Part shown: piece by piece, positions 13,068 through 25,455 of the stretch | Position numbering within the stretch: position 1 is the first letter of the stretch | Layout of the letters: every line of letters begins with the position of its first letter | Source: Eledone cirrhosa | Lineage: Eukaryota | Length of the DNA: 64,000 bases | Reading direction: 5' to 3' | Assembly (NCBI GenBank): GCA_964016885.1 | Contig: OZ024742.1 | Location: 434,001 to 498,000, forward strand | Made by a program: the position numbers and the translations under genes | The notes under the pieces: model-generated | What the model saw: the letters and a program-made list of their open reading frames with translations, nothing else | Told to the model about the DNA's origin: nothing | Databases searched by the model: none

Positions 13068-15502
13068 CGCAGTTGGGTGCGGATGCATTCATGTATATAT
13101 GTGTGTGTCCGCATGTATCTGTGTGTTTCTAAATATATTAATAACTCCCTCTGGTCGAGCAATCTTTGAAGTGTGGGGACAACTGGAAAGCTTCCATTAC
13201 TCGTACTTCTCGCCTTCTTCACTACCTCTTCTACGGCCTCGATATGAATACCCCCTCCGCCTCCGTGGTATTTTCTTCGTGGTTATAAGAGGCTCAGCTC
13301 TGTTTCTCGACCGTTATATCGCGTGACTATCTCTCCCTCCGCCTTTTGGGATTCTTTCTCACGTCGTGTAGACGCGTTCTTGAGACTAGTAAAATGAGGT
13401 ATCCTCTTGATAAGTTGGCAGACCTCGCAAGGACTCTATATCTTTGATATATTGTTTTTGTTTATGCCACGAAACTACGTAGTCGAGGAATTTAGGAGCA
13501 GTTTAGGTATGATACATTTTATTACTAATTATATCTAAATGTTTCTTCTCTCTTCATAATGTATTTTTAACTCTGATACTGGTTCAGTCTGGTTCAAACT
13601 GAATTGGTCTGTCCCAGTCATTCATTGAGCAACATCGGTGAAGTTGGCACCCTTAACTCGCAGTTGGGTGCGGATGCATTCATGTATATATGTGTGTGTC
13701 CGCATGTATCTGTGTGTTTCTAAATATATTAATAACTCCCTCTGGTCGAACAATCTTTGAAGTGTGGGGACAACTGGAAAGCTTCCATTACTCGTACTTC
13801 TCGCCTTCTTCACTACCTCTTCTACGGCCTCGATATGAATACCCCCTCCGCCTCCGTGGTATTTTCTTCGTGGTTATAAGAGGCTTAGCTCTGTTTCTCG
13901 ACCGTTATATCGCGTGACTATCTCCCCCTCCGCCTTTTGGGATTCTTTCTCACGTCGTGTAGACGCGTTCTTGAGACTAGTAAAATGAGGTATCCTCTTG
14001 ATAAGTTGGCAGACCTCGCAAGGACTCTATATCTTTGATATATTGTTTTTGTTTATGCCACGAAACTACGTAGTCGAGGAATTTAGGAGCAGTTTAGGTA
14101 TGATACATTTTATTACTAATTATATCTAAATGTTTCTTCTCTCTTCATAATGTATTTTTAACTCTGATACTGGTTCAGTCTGGTTCAAACTGAATTGGTC
14201 TGTCCCAGTCATTCATTGAGCAACATCGGTGAAGTTGGCACCCTTAACTCGCAGTTGGGTGCGGATGCATTCATGTATATATGTGTGTGTCCGCATGTAT
14301 CTGTGTGTTTCTAAATATATTAATAACTCCCTCTGGTCGAGCAATCTTTGAAGTGTGGGGACAACTGGAAAGCTTCCATTACTCGTACTTCTCGCCTTCT
14401 TCACTACCTCTTCTACGGCCTCGATATGAATACCCCCTCCGCCTCCGTGGTATTTTCTTCGTGGTTATAAGAGGCTTAGCTCTGTTTCTCGACCGTTATA
14501 TCGCGTGACTATCTCCCCCTCCGCCTTTTGGGATTCTTTCTCACGTCGTGTAGACGCGTTCTTGAGACTAGTAAAATGAGGTATCCTCTTGATAAGTTGG
14601 CAGACCTCGCAAGGACTCTATATCTTTGATATATTGTTTTTGTTTATGCCACGAAACTACGTAGTCGAGGAATTTAGGAGCAGTTTAGGTATGATACATT
14701 TTATTACTAATTATATCTAAATGTTTCTTCTCTCTTCATAATGTATTTTTAACTCTGATACTGGTTCAGTCTGGTTCAAACTGAATTGGTCTGTCCCAGT
14801 CATTCATTGAGCAACATCGGTGAAGTTGGCACCCTTAACTCGCAGTTGGGTGCGGATGCATTCATGTATATATGTGTGTGTCCGCATGTATCTGTGTGTT
14901 TCTAAATATATTAATAACTCCCTCTGGTCGAGCAATCTTTGAAGTGTGGGGACAACTGGAAAGCTTCCATTACTCGTACTTCTCGCCTTCTTCACTACCT
15001 CTTCTACGGCCTCGATATGAATACCCCCTCCGCCTCCGTGGTATTTTCTTCGTGGTTATAAGAGGCTTAGCTCTGTTTCTCGACCGTTATATCGCGTGAC
15101 TATCTCCCCCTCCGCCTTTTGGGATTCTTTCTCACGTCGTGTAGACGCGTTCTTGAGACTAGTAAAATGAGGTATCCTCTTGATAAGTTGGCAGACCTCG
15201 CAAGGACTCTATATCTTTGATATATTGTTTTTGTTTATGCCACGAAACTACGTAGTCGAGGAATTTAGGAGCAGTTTAGGTATGATACATTTTATTACTA
15301 ATTATATCTAAATGTTTCTTCTCTCTTCATAATGTATTTTTAACTCTGATACTGGTTCAGTCTGGTTCAAACTGAATTGGTCTGTCCCAGTCATTCATTG
15401 AGCAACATCGGTGAAGTTGGCACCCTTAACTCGCAGTTGGGTGCGGATGCATTCATGTATATATGTGTGTGTCCGCATGTATCTGTGTGTTTCTAAATAT
15501 AT
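13068..15502. repeat. 591-bp tandem repeat, ~4.1 near-identical copies
   Basis: Units start at 13068, 13659, 14250, 14841 and 15432. The ORF track repeats at the same 591 spacing. Only ~3 differing positions seen. Confidence 0.97.
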
Positions 15503-15519
15503 ATATATATATATATATA

Positions 15520-15632
15520 GGTTAGAGCATTGGGCTTGCAATCGAAAGGTTGTGAGTTCAATTCTCAGACCAGGTGATCAAGACACTTTATTTCACATTG
15601 CTCCAGTTTACTCAGCTGTAGAAATGAGATAA
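15520..15632 (+). mobile_element. tRNA-derived SINE family 2 (CORE-like), partial
   Basis: GGTTAGAGCATTGG...GTGAGTTCAATTCTC (A/B boxes) then CAAGACACTTTATTTCACATTGCTCCAG. An internally deleted inverted counterpart of 16090-16247. Confidence 0.8.
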
Positions 15633-15909
15633 TAGATGATTAAATTGAACAGACACATATGTCTCTGAATTATATATATATATATATACATATATATATT
15701 ATATACATATATATATCTCTGATAGATATATATATATACACATTATATACACATATATATTATATACACATATATACACATATTATATACACATATACAC
15801 ATATTATATACACATATACACATATTATATACACATATATACACACATATTATATACACATATATACACATATTATATACACATATATATATTATATACA
15901 CATATATCG

Positions 15910-16075
15910 TCATCATCATCATCATTTTACGTCCACTTTTCCCTGCTTGCAAGGGTAGGACGGGAACTGATTCTGGCTTGATTTCTACAGCTGGATGCCC
16001 TTCTTAACACCAACCTCATTTACAGTGAGTGCTGGTTGTTTTTTTTGCTTGGCACCTCCACGACCACTTTACAGT
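15910..16075 (-). mobile_element. RTE-related 3' end fragment
   Basis: (CAT)n tail and 'gggaactgattctggcttgatttctacagctggatgcccttctt', shared with 7731-7775. Confidence 0.7.
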
Positions 16076-16089
16076 AAAATGGTAGGGAT

Positions 16090-16245
16090 CCCAGTCCCTA
16101 TCATCTCATTTCTACAGCTGAGTAAACTGGAGCAATGTGAAATAAAGTGTCTTGCTCAAGGAAACAACACATCACCTGGTCTGAGAATTGAACTCACAAT
16201 CTTTCGATTGCAAGGCCAATGCTCTAACCACTAAGCCATGTGCCT

Positions 16246-16247
<2 letters not shown>
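16090..16247 (-). mobile_element. tRNA-derived SINE family 2 (CORE-like)
   Basis: Minus strand GGAGGCACATGGCTTAGTGGTTAGAGC (A-box) ... GAGTTCAATTC (B-box) ... TTCCTTGAGCAAGACACTT (CORE-like motif). Confidence 0.85.
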
Positions 16248-16285
<38 letters not shown>

Positions 16286-16305
16286 CATACATATATATCT
16301 CTTTG

Positions 16306-16338
<33 letters not shown>

Positions 16339-16461
16339 TATATTATATACATACGTATATATCTCTGATATATATATATATACACAAATATATACACATA
16401 TATATTACATATATACATACATATATATATGTCTCTCTCTGTATATATATATATATATAAA

Positions 16462-17396
16462 ATCAGCAGTGGGGGAGGGTGCTCTGAAAGTACAGTAGCT
16501 AGAGTCAGAACTGGGTGGAAAAAGTTCAGAGAGCTTATACCTCTACTAGCCGCTAAAGGGTTCTCCCTAAAAATGAAAGGCAGGCTGTATGATGCCTGCA
16601 TATGAACAGCAATGTTGCATGGCAGTGAGACCTGGGCATTGTGTGCAGAGGATATAAGCAGACCAGAGAGAAACGAAGCTTGCATGCTCCGCTGGATGTG
16701 TAATAGTAATATACGTGAACGGCAAAGCATAAACGAACTAAGGAAAAAATTAAAAATAAGAGGGATCAGATGATGTTTACTCGAGAGAAGGCTACGTTGG
16801 TATGGTCACGTGATGCGCATGAAGGACGATAGCTGTATAACAAAGTGCAGGGCAATAAAGATAGACGGTAGCCACGGAATAGGCAGACCCAGAAAAACCT
16901 GGGACGAGCTGATAAATTCCGACCTCACACACTTACACCTCTCCAAGACAATGTCACTGGACCGAGACCTTTGGCGGTACTCAGTAATAGAGAAGACCCG
17001 CCTTACCTAAATACAAAGTAAAACCTATTACAGTCAGTAGGCATCTCTAACAAAATACACCCCCGTCCCACCACCCCCAGCCCCATCCACACCGCCCCTT
17101 TCAATGTAAAGTTATGTTGGTGCCACAACATCCAGGCCGAAACAAATGAGATCGTGTAGGTGTCACGTCAAAAAACACACAGTTCACGCTGTAATGTGGC
17201 CGTGTAGGCAACACGGTAAAAACCTCCCAGTCCCACACTGTAAATATGGTTGGTGTTAGGAAGGGCATCCAGCTGTAGAAAACCCACCAGACAGTCCTAT
17301 GCGAGCAAGATAATCACTCTTGCCTCAAGTGGGAAACCCCCGTCCAAACCCATGCAAGCGTGGAACACGGACGTTAAACGTTGATGATGATGATGA
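16462..17396 (+). mobile_element. 5'-truncated RTE-clade LINE (decayed RT C-terminus, 3' UTR, (TGA)n tail)
   Basis: Translates to [27 protein letters not shown]...GRPRKTWDELINSDL...EKTRLT* with internal TGA stops. Close paralogue of 19767-20700 in the opposite orientation. Confidence 0.92.
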
Positions 17397-17540
17397 GAGT
17401 GTGTGTGTGTGTACAACAGTACAACAACAACACAACTACAATAACGACAATAAGAACAGTACAACAATAATAACGACAACAATATAAATACAATAAATAC
17501 AAGAACAACAGCTACAACAACAATATTTGGAGAGTAAGAG

Positions 17541-17925
17541 TTAACCACTTTAATACCAACACAGTTGAAAGCACCCCTGGTTCCGTCATATAAAACTGTC
17601 CATTATAATTTTATATGGATGAGGAAATCCCAGCAGAAGGAAGTGGCAGTAGAGGACAACCAAGAAAGACCTGGGCAGAGGTTGAGAGAGCTGACCTCAT
17701 ATCACTAAGACTGGCAGAGGAGATGACAAAGGAATGCAACAAGTAGAGAGAAAGACCCGCCAAACCCATGCAAGCACAGAAAAGTAGACGTAAAAACGAT
17801 GGTTTGTTGCCATCTTAACACCAACTTAATGAAAAAGATATATTACTAAATCCTTGATTATATTCATAATTAACTGAAAAACATTTAATGTGTTTCTTAA
17901 AAAAATATGGTCATGAAAGTGTTAA
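17541..17925 (+). mobile_element. Degenerate TTAA-flanked piggyBac-like MITE interrupted by an older RTE 3' fragment (~17620-17800)
   Basis: Begins TTAACCACTTTAATACC and ends ATATGGTCATGAAAGTGTTAA; similar to 61124-61381. The insert translates to RGQPRKTW...DL...EKTRQTHAS. Confidence 0.6.
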
Positions 17926-18479
17926 AAACTAACAACAAATGCCCCAACCCCTGCCCAACCATCTCCCTTCCTCACTCCCAATATGATGAAAAACAGTAAA
18001 CAGGGCTCATTTCATCTCTTGCTAATAAACAAAAGTCTTAATCAGTGACACACGAATATACAAACAGTATAATGTTATAGTGTTCTTAACAGATAGATAG
18101 TGTAGTGGGGGACTGTACAGAGAGGATGGCTTAGGAGGGGCTCTTCATTATACATAAATATATCTCCCTATATATGTGTGTGTTTATATACATACACATA
18201 CATATAATCATTGTCTATGTTAAATACATATTATGGATAAGTAAATTTATCAACACAGCATTACTGTGTAACATAATTACATACAAGTGTGTACACACAC
18301 TTGTATGTATGTACATGTGTTTGTGTGTGCGTGTATATATATATTTATACACACACACACAAATGTGAGTAATACAGACACATGGACAAGTAGCTAAAAG
18401 TAACTTGAAAAGAGTGAGTGGGGGTAACTGATAAAAAAGTGGAGAGGGTGGGGAGACTAAGAGAAGGGGAGAGAGGGGG

Positions 18480-18618
18480 AACTAATAGAAAGGGGGGGAT
18501 AATAGAAGGGGGTTGAAAGAGAGAGGTGAGACAGGGGAGTTGAAAGAGAGGGGAGAGGGGGGAGTTGAAAGAGAGGGGAGAGGGGGGAGTTGAAAGAGAG
18601 GGGGAGCTGAAAGAGAGA
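18480..18618. repeat. Purine-rich ~25-bp minisatellite (GAGAGGGGAGAGGGGGGAGTTGAAA)
   Basis: 3-4 degenerate tandem units. Confidence 0.75.
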
Positions 18619-18915
18619 GCGTGCAATATCAAAGACAATGTTTAGTCTTTGGAACAAGTGTGAGGAATTGGTTCATAGGAACTGGTCTTATAGAAGAACT
18701 AAATACTTTCTCATCCATGTAGACACACGCACACACACATATGTATATATATATATATATAAACATGTAACACACACACACATATATATACAGACATATA
18801 TATATATATATATATATATACAGACATATATATATAGACACATATATATACAGACACACATATATATATATATAATGTGTGTGTGTGTCTGTATACATAT
18901 ATATATATAAATGTG

Positions 18916-18952
<37 letters not shown>

Positions 18953-19009
18953 GTGTCTGTATATATATATATATGTCTGTATATATATATATGTGTGTCT
19001 GTATATATA

Positions 19010-19050
<41 letters not shown>

Positions 19051-19056
<6 letters not shown>

Positions 19057-19746
19057 AAAGTTTGTCCTTCATCAGTGGTCTTCCAACCATCATAGGCATT
19101 TCATCGCTTTCAAGACCATATACCTCCGGTTGGTGCGAGCAACGGCTAAAAAAAGTCGTTGGGACACGTAAATAAAGGGGACGCGAGGGTAAACAAACAA
19201 AATGGTGAAGCAACAGAAAGTGAGGAAGAGAGAGACAAGTCCCAGATTTCTATGAATTTAAATTCGGTGAAATCGCGAACGAGAGAATAAAGACCATCAA
19301 ACCTGGTTGAAATGTGAGCAAGGAAGGAATTTCGCACAGGTCTAACGGCAGGAAGAAGGGGTCTGGTCTACGAATTCGGTAAACATAAGTTCTGTGAAAT
19401 CATAGACGAGAGAGAGAGAGAAAAAAATTCATACCAGCTTGGCCAAGAGTGCGCGAGAAAAGAATTACACACAGGTCAAACGGGAAGAAAGAGGAGGAGG
19501 AGAGGTAGTGACAGAGAATGAGTGAGTAAAGGGTGAGGAAGAGGCTAACAGAGAAAGAGACTGCTAGAAAGGGTAAAGATACATAGAACGAAATAGACAG
19601 GTAGCAACAGAGAAGAAAATATGTGTAAATATGATAATAAGGACGCTGCGGAGTTGCAAATGGGTTACATATGAAAAAAGTTTGTCCTTCATCAGTGGTC
19701 TTCCAACCATCATAGACATTTCATCGCTTTAAAGACCATATACCTC
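19051..19746. repeat. Unclassified segment bounded by 76-bp direct repeats (19051-19126 / 19671-19746)
   Basis: ATGAAAAAAGTTTGTCCTTCATCAGTGG...CCATATACCTC occurs twice with 2 mismatches, 620 bp apart. Confidence 0.85.
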
Positions 19747-19766
19747 ATATGACACATATATATATA

Positions 19767-21550
19767 TCATCATCATCATCATCGTCGTTTAACGTCCCTG
19801 TTCCACGCTTGCATGGGTTTGGACGGGGGTTTTCCCACTTGAGGCAAGAGTGGTCGTCTTGCTTGCATAGGACTGTCTGGCGGGTTTTCTACGGCTGGAT
19901 GCCCTTCCTAACACCAACCACATTTACAGTGTGGAACTGGGAGGTTTTTACCGTGTTACCTACATGGCCACATTACAGCGTGGACTGTGTTTTTTTGTCG
20001 TGACACCTACACAACCTCATTTGTTTCGGGCTGGATGTTGTGGTACCAACATAACTTTACATTGAAAGGGGTGGTGTGGATGGGGTGTGGGTAGTGGGAC
20101 GGGGGGTGTATATTGTTAGAGGTGCCTACTGACTGGAGTAGGTTTCACTTTGTACTTAGGTAAGGCGGGTCTTCTCTATTACTGTGTAGCGCCAAAGCTC
20201 TCGGTCCAGTGACATTGTCTTGGAGAGGGGTAAGTGTGTGAGGTCGGAATTTATCAAGTCGTCCCAGGTTTTTCTGGGTCTGCCTACTCCGTGGCTACCG
20301 TCTATTTTTATTGCTCTGCACTTTTTTATACAGCTGTCGTCTTTCATGTGCATCACGTGACCATACCAACGTAGCCTTCTCTCGAGTAAACAACATCTGA
20401 TCCCTCTTATTTCTAATTTTTCCCTTAGCTCGCTTATGCTTTGCCGTTCATGTATATTACTATTACACATCCAGCGGAGCATGCAAGCTTCGTTCCTCTC
20501 CAGTCTGCGTATATCCTCTGCACACAATGCCCAGGTCTCACTGCCATGCAACATTGCTGTTCGTATGCAGGCATCATACAGCATGCCTTTCATTTTTAGG
20601 GAGAACCCTTTAGCGGCTAATAGTGGTATAAGCTCTCTGAACTTTTTCCATCCAGTTCTGACTCTAGCTACTGTACTTTCAGAGCACCCTCCCCCACTGT
20701 TGATTTTTTTGTCACCCAGGTAACGGAAGCTGTCCACTATTTCTATAGAACCATCTGTGCAATGGAATGAGCTAGTATTCTGTGGGCACTTGCTGCTACT
20801 TATTGCACCAGAGCACCGGCCACATATAAAATCTATGTTCTTAGTTAGCTTACCTGTGATCCCACTACATCTTTTATGCACCCATACTTTGCATTTGGGA
20901 CATAAAATGGAGTTTCTACCTACTCCTTTCCTACACACTGAGCATGGCCATTTCCCGGATGGGACCGGCGCCCTATTTTCCTTCCTACAAACTAGAACTT
21001 TAGTCTTAGACAGGTTAATTTTAAGGCCTTTTGATTCTAGGCCATGCTTCCAAGTTTGGAATTTGTTCTCTAGTTCGGCCATTGATTCAGCTATGAGCGT
21101 TAGATCATCTGCATATAGGATTTCCCATGGGCAGCCGGTCTTGAACTCCACTGTTATAGCCTGAAGGGCGATAATAAATAGTAAGGGGCTAAGAACGGAG
21201 CCCTGATGAACACCAACTTTTACGCTAAACTCTTCACTATATTCGTTGTTAATTCTAACCTTGCTGACTGTTTCTTTATACATGGCTTGTATAGCTCTCA
21301 CAAGCTATTCATCAACACCTAGTTTTCTAAGAGCCCACCAGATAATGGAATGGGGGACTCTGTCGAAGGCTTTCTCCAAGTCGACAAAAGCTAAGTATAG
21401 GGGTTTACTTTTAGCTAGGTACTTCTCCTCTAGTTGTCGTACAATGAAAAGAGCGTCTGTGGTACTTTTGCCTGACACAAACCCGAACTGCATTTCATCT
21501 AGATCAATTCTCACTCTGATTAGTTGCGCTATTACTTTGTCCAATATCAC
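19767..21550 (-). mobile_element. 5'-truncated RTE-clade non-LTR retrotransposon
   Basis: RT coding region 21550-20156, ~370-bp 3' UTR, (TGA)n tail at 19767-19785. Confidence 0.95.
20156..21550 (-). pseudogene. RTE reverse transcriptase, N-terminally truncated, one in-frame TAG at 21305-21307
   Basis: RT motifs QFGF..GKSTTDA, FVDLEKAFDRV, GVHQGSVLSPLLF, LYADD, GLKINLSKTK, FRYLG, and RTE C-terminal RLRWYGHV and GRPRKTW. The two listed ORFs are in the same frame, separated by a single stop (probably TGG>TAG). Confidence 0.95.
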
Positions 21551-21553
21551 CAG

Positions 21554-24500
21554 CTTTGTTAGTCACTTCTAGTCAGTAAAACTGGTACAGTTATCTTTGT
21601 TAGTCACTTCTAGTCAGTAAAACTGGTACAGTTATCTTTGTTGATCACTTCTAGTCAGTAAAACTGGTACAGTTATCTTTGTTAGTCACTTCTAGTCAGT
21701 AAAACTGGTACAGTTATCTTTGTTAGTCACTTCTAGTCAGTAAAACTGGTACAGTTATCTTTGTTAGTCACTTCTAGTCAGTAAAACTGGTACAGTTATC
21801 TTTGTTAGTCACTTCTAGTCAGTAAAACTGGTACAGTTATCTTTGTTAGTCACTTCTAGTCAGTAAAACTGGTACAGTTATCTTTGTTGATCACTTCTAG
21901 TCAGTAAAACTGATACAGTTATCTTTGTTAGTCACTTCTAGTCAGTAAAACTGGTACAGTTATCTTTGTTGATCACTTCCAGTCAGTAAAACTGGTACAG
22001 TTATCTTTGTTGATCACTTCCAGTCAGTAAAACTGGTACAGTTATCTTTGTTGATCACTTCTAGTCAGTAAAACTGGTACAGTTATCTTTGTTAGTCACT
22101 TCTAGTCAGTAAAACTGATACAGTTATCTTTGTTAGTCACTTGTAGTCAGTAAAACTGGTACAGTTATCTTTGTTAGTCACTTCTAGTCAGTAAAACTGG
22201 TACAGTTATCTTTGTTATTCACTTGTAGTCAGTAAAACTGGTACAGTTATCTTTGTTAGTCACTTCTAGTCAGTAAAACTGGTACAGTTATCTTTGTTAG
22301 TCACTTCTAGTCAGTAAAACTGGTACAGTTATCTTTGTTAGTCACTTCTAGTCAGTCACTTCTAGTCAGTAAAACTGGTACAGTTATCTTTGTTAGTCAC
22401 TTCTAGTCAGTAAAACTGGTACAGTTATCTTTGTTAGTCACTTCTAGTCAGTAAAACTGGTACAGTTATCTTTGTTAGTCACTTCTAGTCAGTAAAACTG
22501 ATACAGTTATCTTTGTTAGTCACTTCTAGTCAGTAAAACTGGTACAGTTATCTTTGTTGATCACTTTTAGTCAGTAAAACTGATACAGTTATCTTTGTTG
22601 ATCACTTCTAGTCTGTAAAACTGGTACAGTTATCTTTGTTAGTCACTTCTAGTCAGTAAAACTGATACAGTTATCTTTGTTAGTCACTTCTAGTCAGTAA
22701 AACTGGTACAGTTATCTTTGTTAGTCACTTCTAGTCAGTAAAACTGGTACAGTTATCTTTGTTAGTCACTTCTAGTCAGTAAAACTGATACAGTTATCTT
22801 TGTTAGTCACTTCTAGTCAGTAAAACTGGTACAGTTATCTTTGTTGATCACTTTTAGTCAGTAAAACTGATACAGTTATCTTTGTTAGTCACTTCTAGTC
22901 AGTAAAACTGGTACAGTTATCTTTGTTAGTCACTTCTAGTCAGTAAAACTGATACAGTTATCTTTGTTAGTCACTTCTAGTCAGTAAAACTGGTACAGTT
23001 ATCTTTGTTAGTCACTTCTAGTCAGTAAAACTGGTACAGTTATCTTTGTTGATCACTTCTAGTCAGTAAAACTGATACAGTTATCTTTGTTAGTCACTTC
23101 TAGTCAGTAAAACTGGTACAGTTATCTTTGTTAATCACTTCTAGTCAGTAAAACTGATACAGTTATCTTTGTTAGTCACTTCTAGTCAGTAAAACTGATA
23201 CAGTTATCTTTGTTAGTCACTTCTAGTCAGTAAAACTGGTACAGTTATCTTTGTTAGTCACTTCTAGTCAGTAAAACTGGTACAGTTATCTTTGTTGATC
23301 ACTTCTAGTCAGTAAAACTGGTACAGTTATCTTTGTTAGTCACTTCTAGTCAGTAAAACTGATACAGTTATCTTTGTTAGTCACTTCTAGTCAGTAAAAC
23401 TGATACAGTTATCTTTGTTAGTCACTTCTAGACAGTAAAACTGGTACAGTTATCTTTGTTAATCACTTCTAGTCAGTAAAACTGATACAGTTATCTTTGT
23501 TAGTCACTTCTAGTCAGTAAAACTGATACAGTTATCTTTGTTAGTCACTTCCAGTCAGTAAAACTGGTACAGTTATATTTGTTAGTCACTTCTAGTCAGT
23601 AAAACTGGTACAGTTATCTTTGTTGATCACTTCTAGTCAGTAAAACTGATACAGTTATCTTTGTTGATCACTTCTAGTCAGTAAAACTGGTACAGTTATC
23701 TTTGTTAGTCACTTCTAGTCAGTAAAACTGATACAGTTATCTTTGTTAGTCACTTCTAGTCAGTAAAACTGGTACAGTTATCTTTGTTAGTCACTTCTAG
23801 TCAGTAAAACTGATACAGTTATCTTTGTTAGTCACTTCTAGTCAGTAAAACTGGTACAGTTATCTTTGTTAGTCACTTCTAGTCAGTAAAACTGGTACAG
23901 TTATCTTTGTTAGTCACTTCTAGTCAGTAAAACTGGTACAGTTATCTTTGTTAGTCACTTCTAGTCAGTAAAACTGATACAGTTATCTTTGTTAGTCACT
24001 TCTCGTCAGTAAAACTGATACAGTCATCTTTGTTAGTCACTTCTAGTCAGTAAAACTGGTACAGTTATCTTTGTTAGTCACTTCTAGTCAGTAAAACTGG
24101 TACAGTTATCTTTGTTAGTCACTTCTAGTCAGTAAAACTGATACAGTTATCTTTGTTAGTCACTTCTAGTCAGTAAAACTGATACAGTTATCTTTGTTAG
24201 TCAATTCTAGTCAGTAAAACTGGTACAGTTATCTTTGTTAGTCACTTCTCGTCAGTAAAACTGATAGTTATCTTTGTTAGTTACTTCTAGTCAGTAAAAC
24301 TGGTACAGTTATCTTTGTTGATCACTTCTAGTCAGTAAAACTGGTACAGTTATCTTTGTTAGTCACTTCTAGTCAGTAAAACTGGTACATTTATCTTTGT
24401 TAGTCACTTCTAGTCAGTAAAACTGGTACAGTTATCTTTGTTAGTCACTTCTAGTCAGTAAAACTGGTACAGTTATCTTTGTTGATCACTTCTAGTCAGT

Positions 24501-25378
24501 AAAACTGGTACAGTTATCTTTGTTAGTCACTTCTAGTCAGTAAAACTGGTACAGTTATCTTTGTTGATCACTTCTAGTCAGTAAAACTGGTACAGTTATC
24601 TTTGTTGATCACTTCTAGTCAGTAAAACTGGTACAGTTATCTTTGTTAGTCACTTCTAGTCAGTAAAACTGGTACAGTTATCTTTGTTGATCACTTCTAG
24701 TCAGTAAAACTGGTACAGTTATCTTTGTTAGTCACTTCTAGTCAGTAAAACTGGTACAGTTATCTTTGTTGATCACTTCTAGTCAGTAAAACTGGTACAG
24801 TTATCTTTGTTGATCACTTCTAGTCAGTAAAACTGGTACAGTTATCTTTGTTAGTCACTTCTAGTCAGTAAAACTGGTACAGTTATCTTTGTTGATCACT
24901 TCTAGTCAGTAAAACTGGTACAGTTATCTTTGTTAGTCACTTCTAGTCAGTAAAACTGGTACAGTTATCTTTGTTGATCACTTCTAGTCAGTAAAACTGG
25001 TACAGTTATCTTTGTTAGTCACTTCTAGTCAGTAAAACTGGTACAGTTATCTTTGTTGATCACTTCTAGTCAGTAAAACTGGTACAGTTATCTTTGTTGA
25101 TCACTTCTAGTCAGTAAAACTGGTACAGTTATCTTTGTTAGTCACTTCTAGTCAGTAAAACTGGTACAGTTATCTTTGTTGATCACTTCTAGTCAGTAAA
25201 ACTGGTACAGTTATCTTTGTTGATCACTTCTAGTCAGTAAAACTGGTACAGTTATCTTTGTTAGTCACTTCTAGTCAGTAAAACTGGTACATTTATCTTT
25301 GTTAGTCACTTCTAGTCAGTAAAACTGGTACAGTTATCTTTGTTAGTCACTTCTAGTCAGTAAAACTGGTACAGTTAT
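21554..25378. repeat. 41-bp satellite, ~93 copies (CTTTGTTAGTCACTTCTAGTCAGTAAAACTGGTACAGTTAT)
   Basis: Period 41 (21554, 21595...). Variants TTAGTC/TTGATC and CTGGTA/CTGATA. One 14-bp internal duplication near 22350 and a 2-bp deletion near 24265. Confidence 0.98.
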
Positions 25379-25380
25379 TA

Positions 25381-25455
25381 AAGGCCTTATTTCAGATCCC
25401 TGAACTTGCAGTTCAAGTCCTGCCAAGATTAACTTTGCCATTCTCATCCTTTCAT
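25381..25455 (+). mobile_element. Degenerate SINE family 1 fragment
   Basis: GTTCAAGTCCTGCCAAGATTAACTTTGCCATTCTCATCCTTTC resembles the B-box plus central domain at 6389-6430. Confidence 0.6.

Noticed and set aside
13099-15099. Repeated 75-aa and 63-aa ORFs in the 591-bp units
   Set aside because: Short, overlap microsatellite-like sequence, no recognisable domain. Recurrence only reflects the tandem duplication.
16180-16247. Possible tRNA gene (also at 3290-3390 and 6323-6405)
   Set aside because: A/B boxes are present but there is no closed cloverleaf, and the sequence continues into SINE body and tail.
20436-21572. Plus-strand ORFs of 95-135 aa (also minus-strand 16224-16730)
   Set aside because: Antisense shadows of the RTE reverse transcriptase frame.
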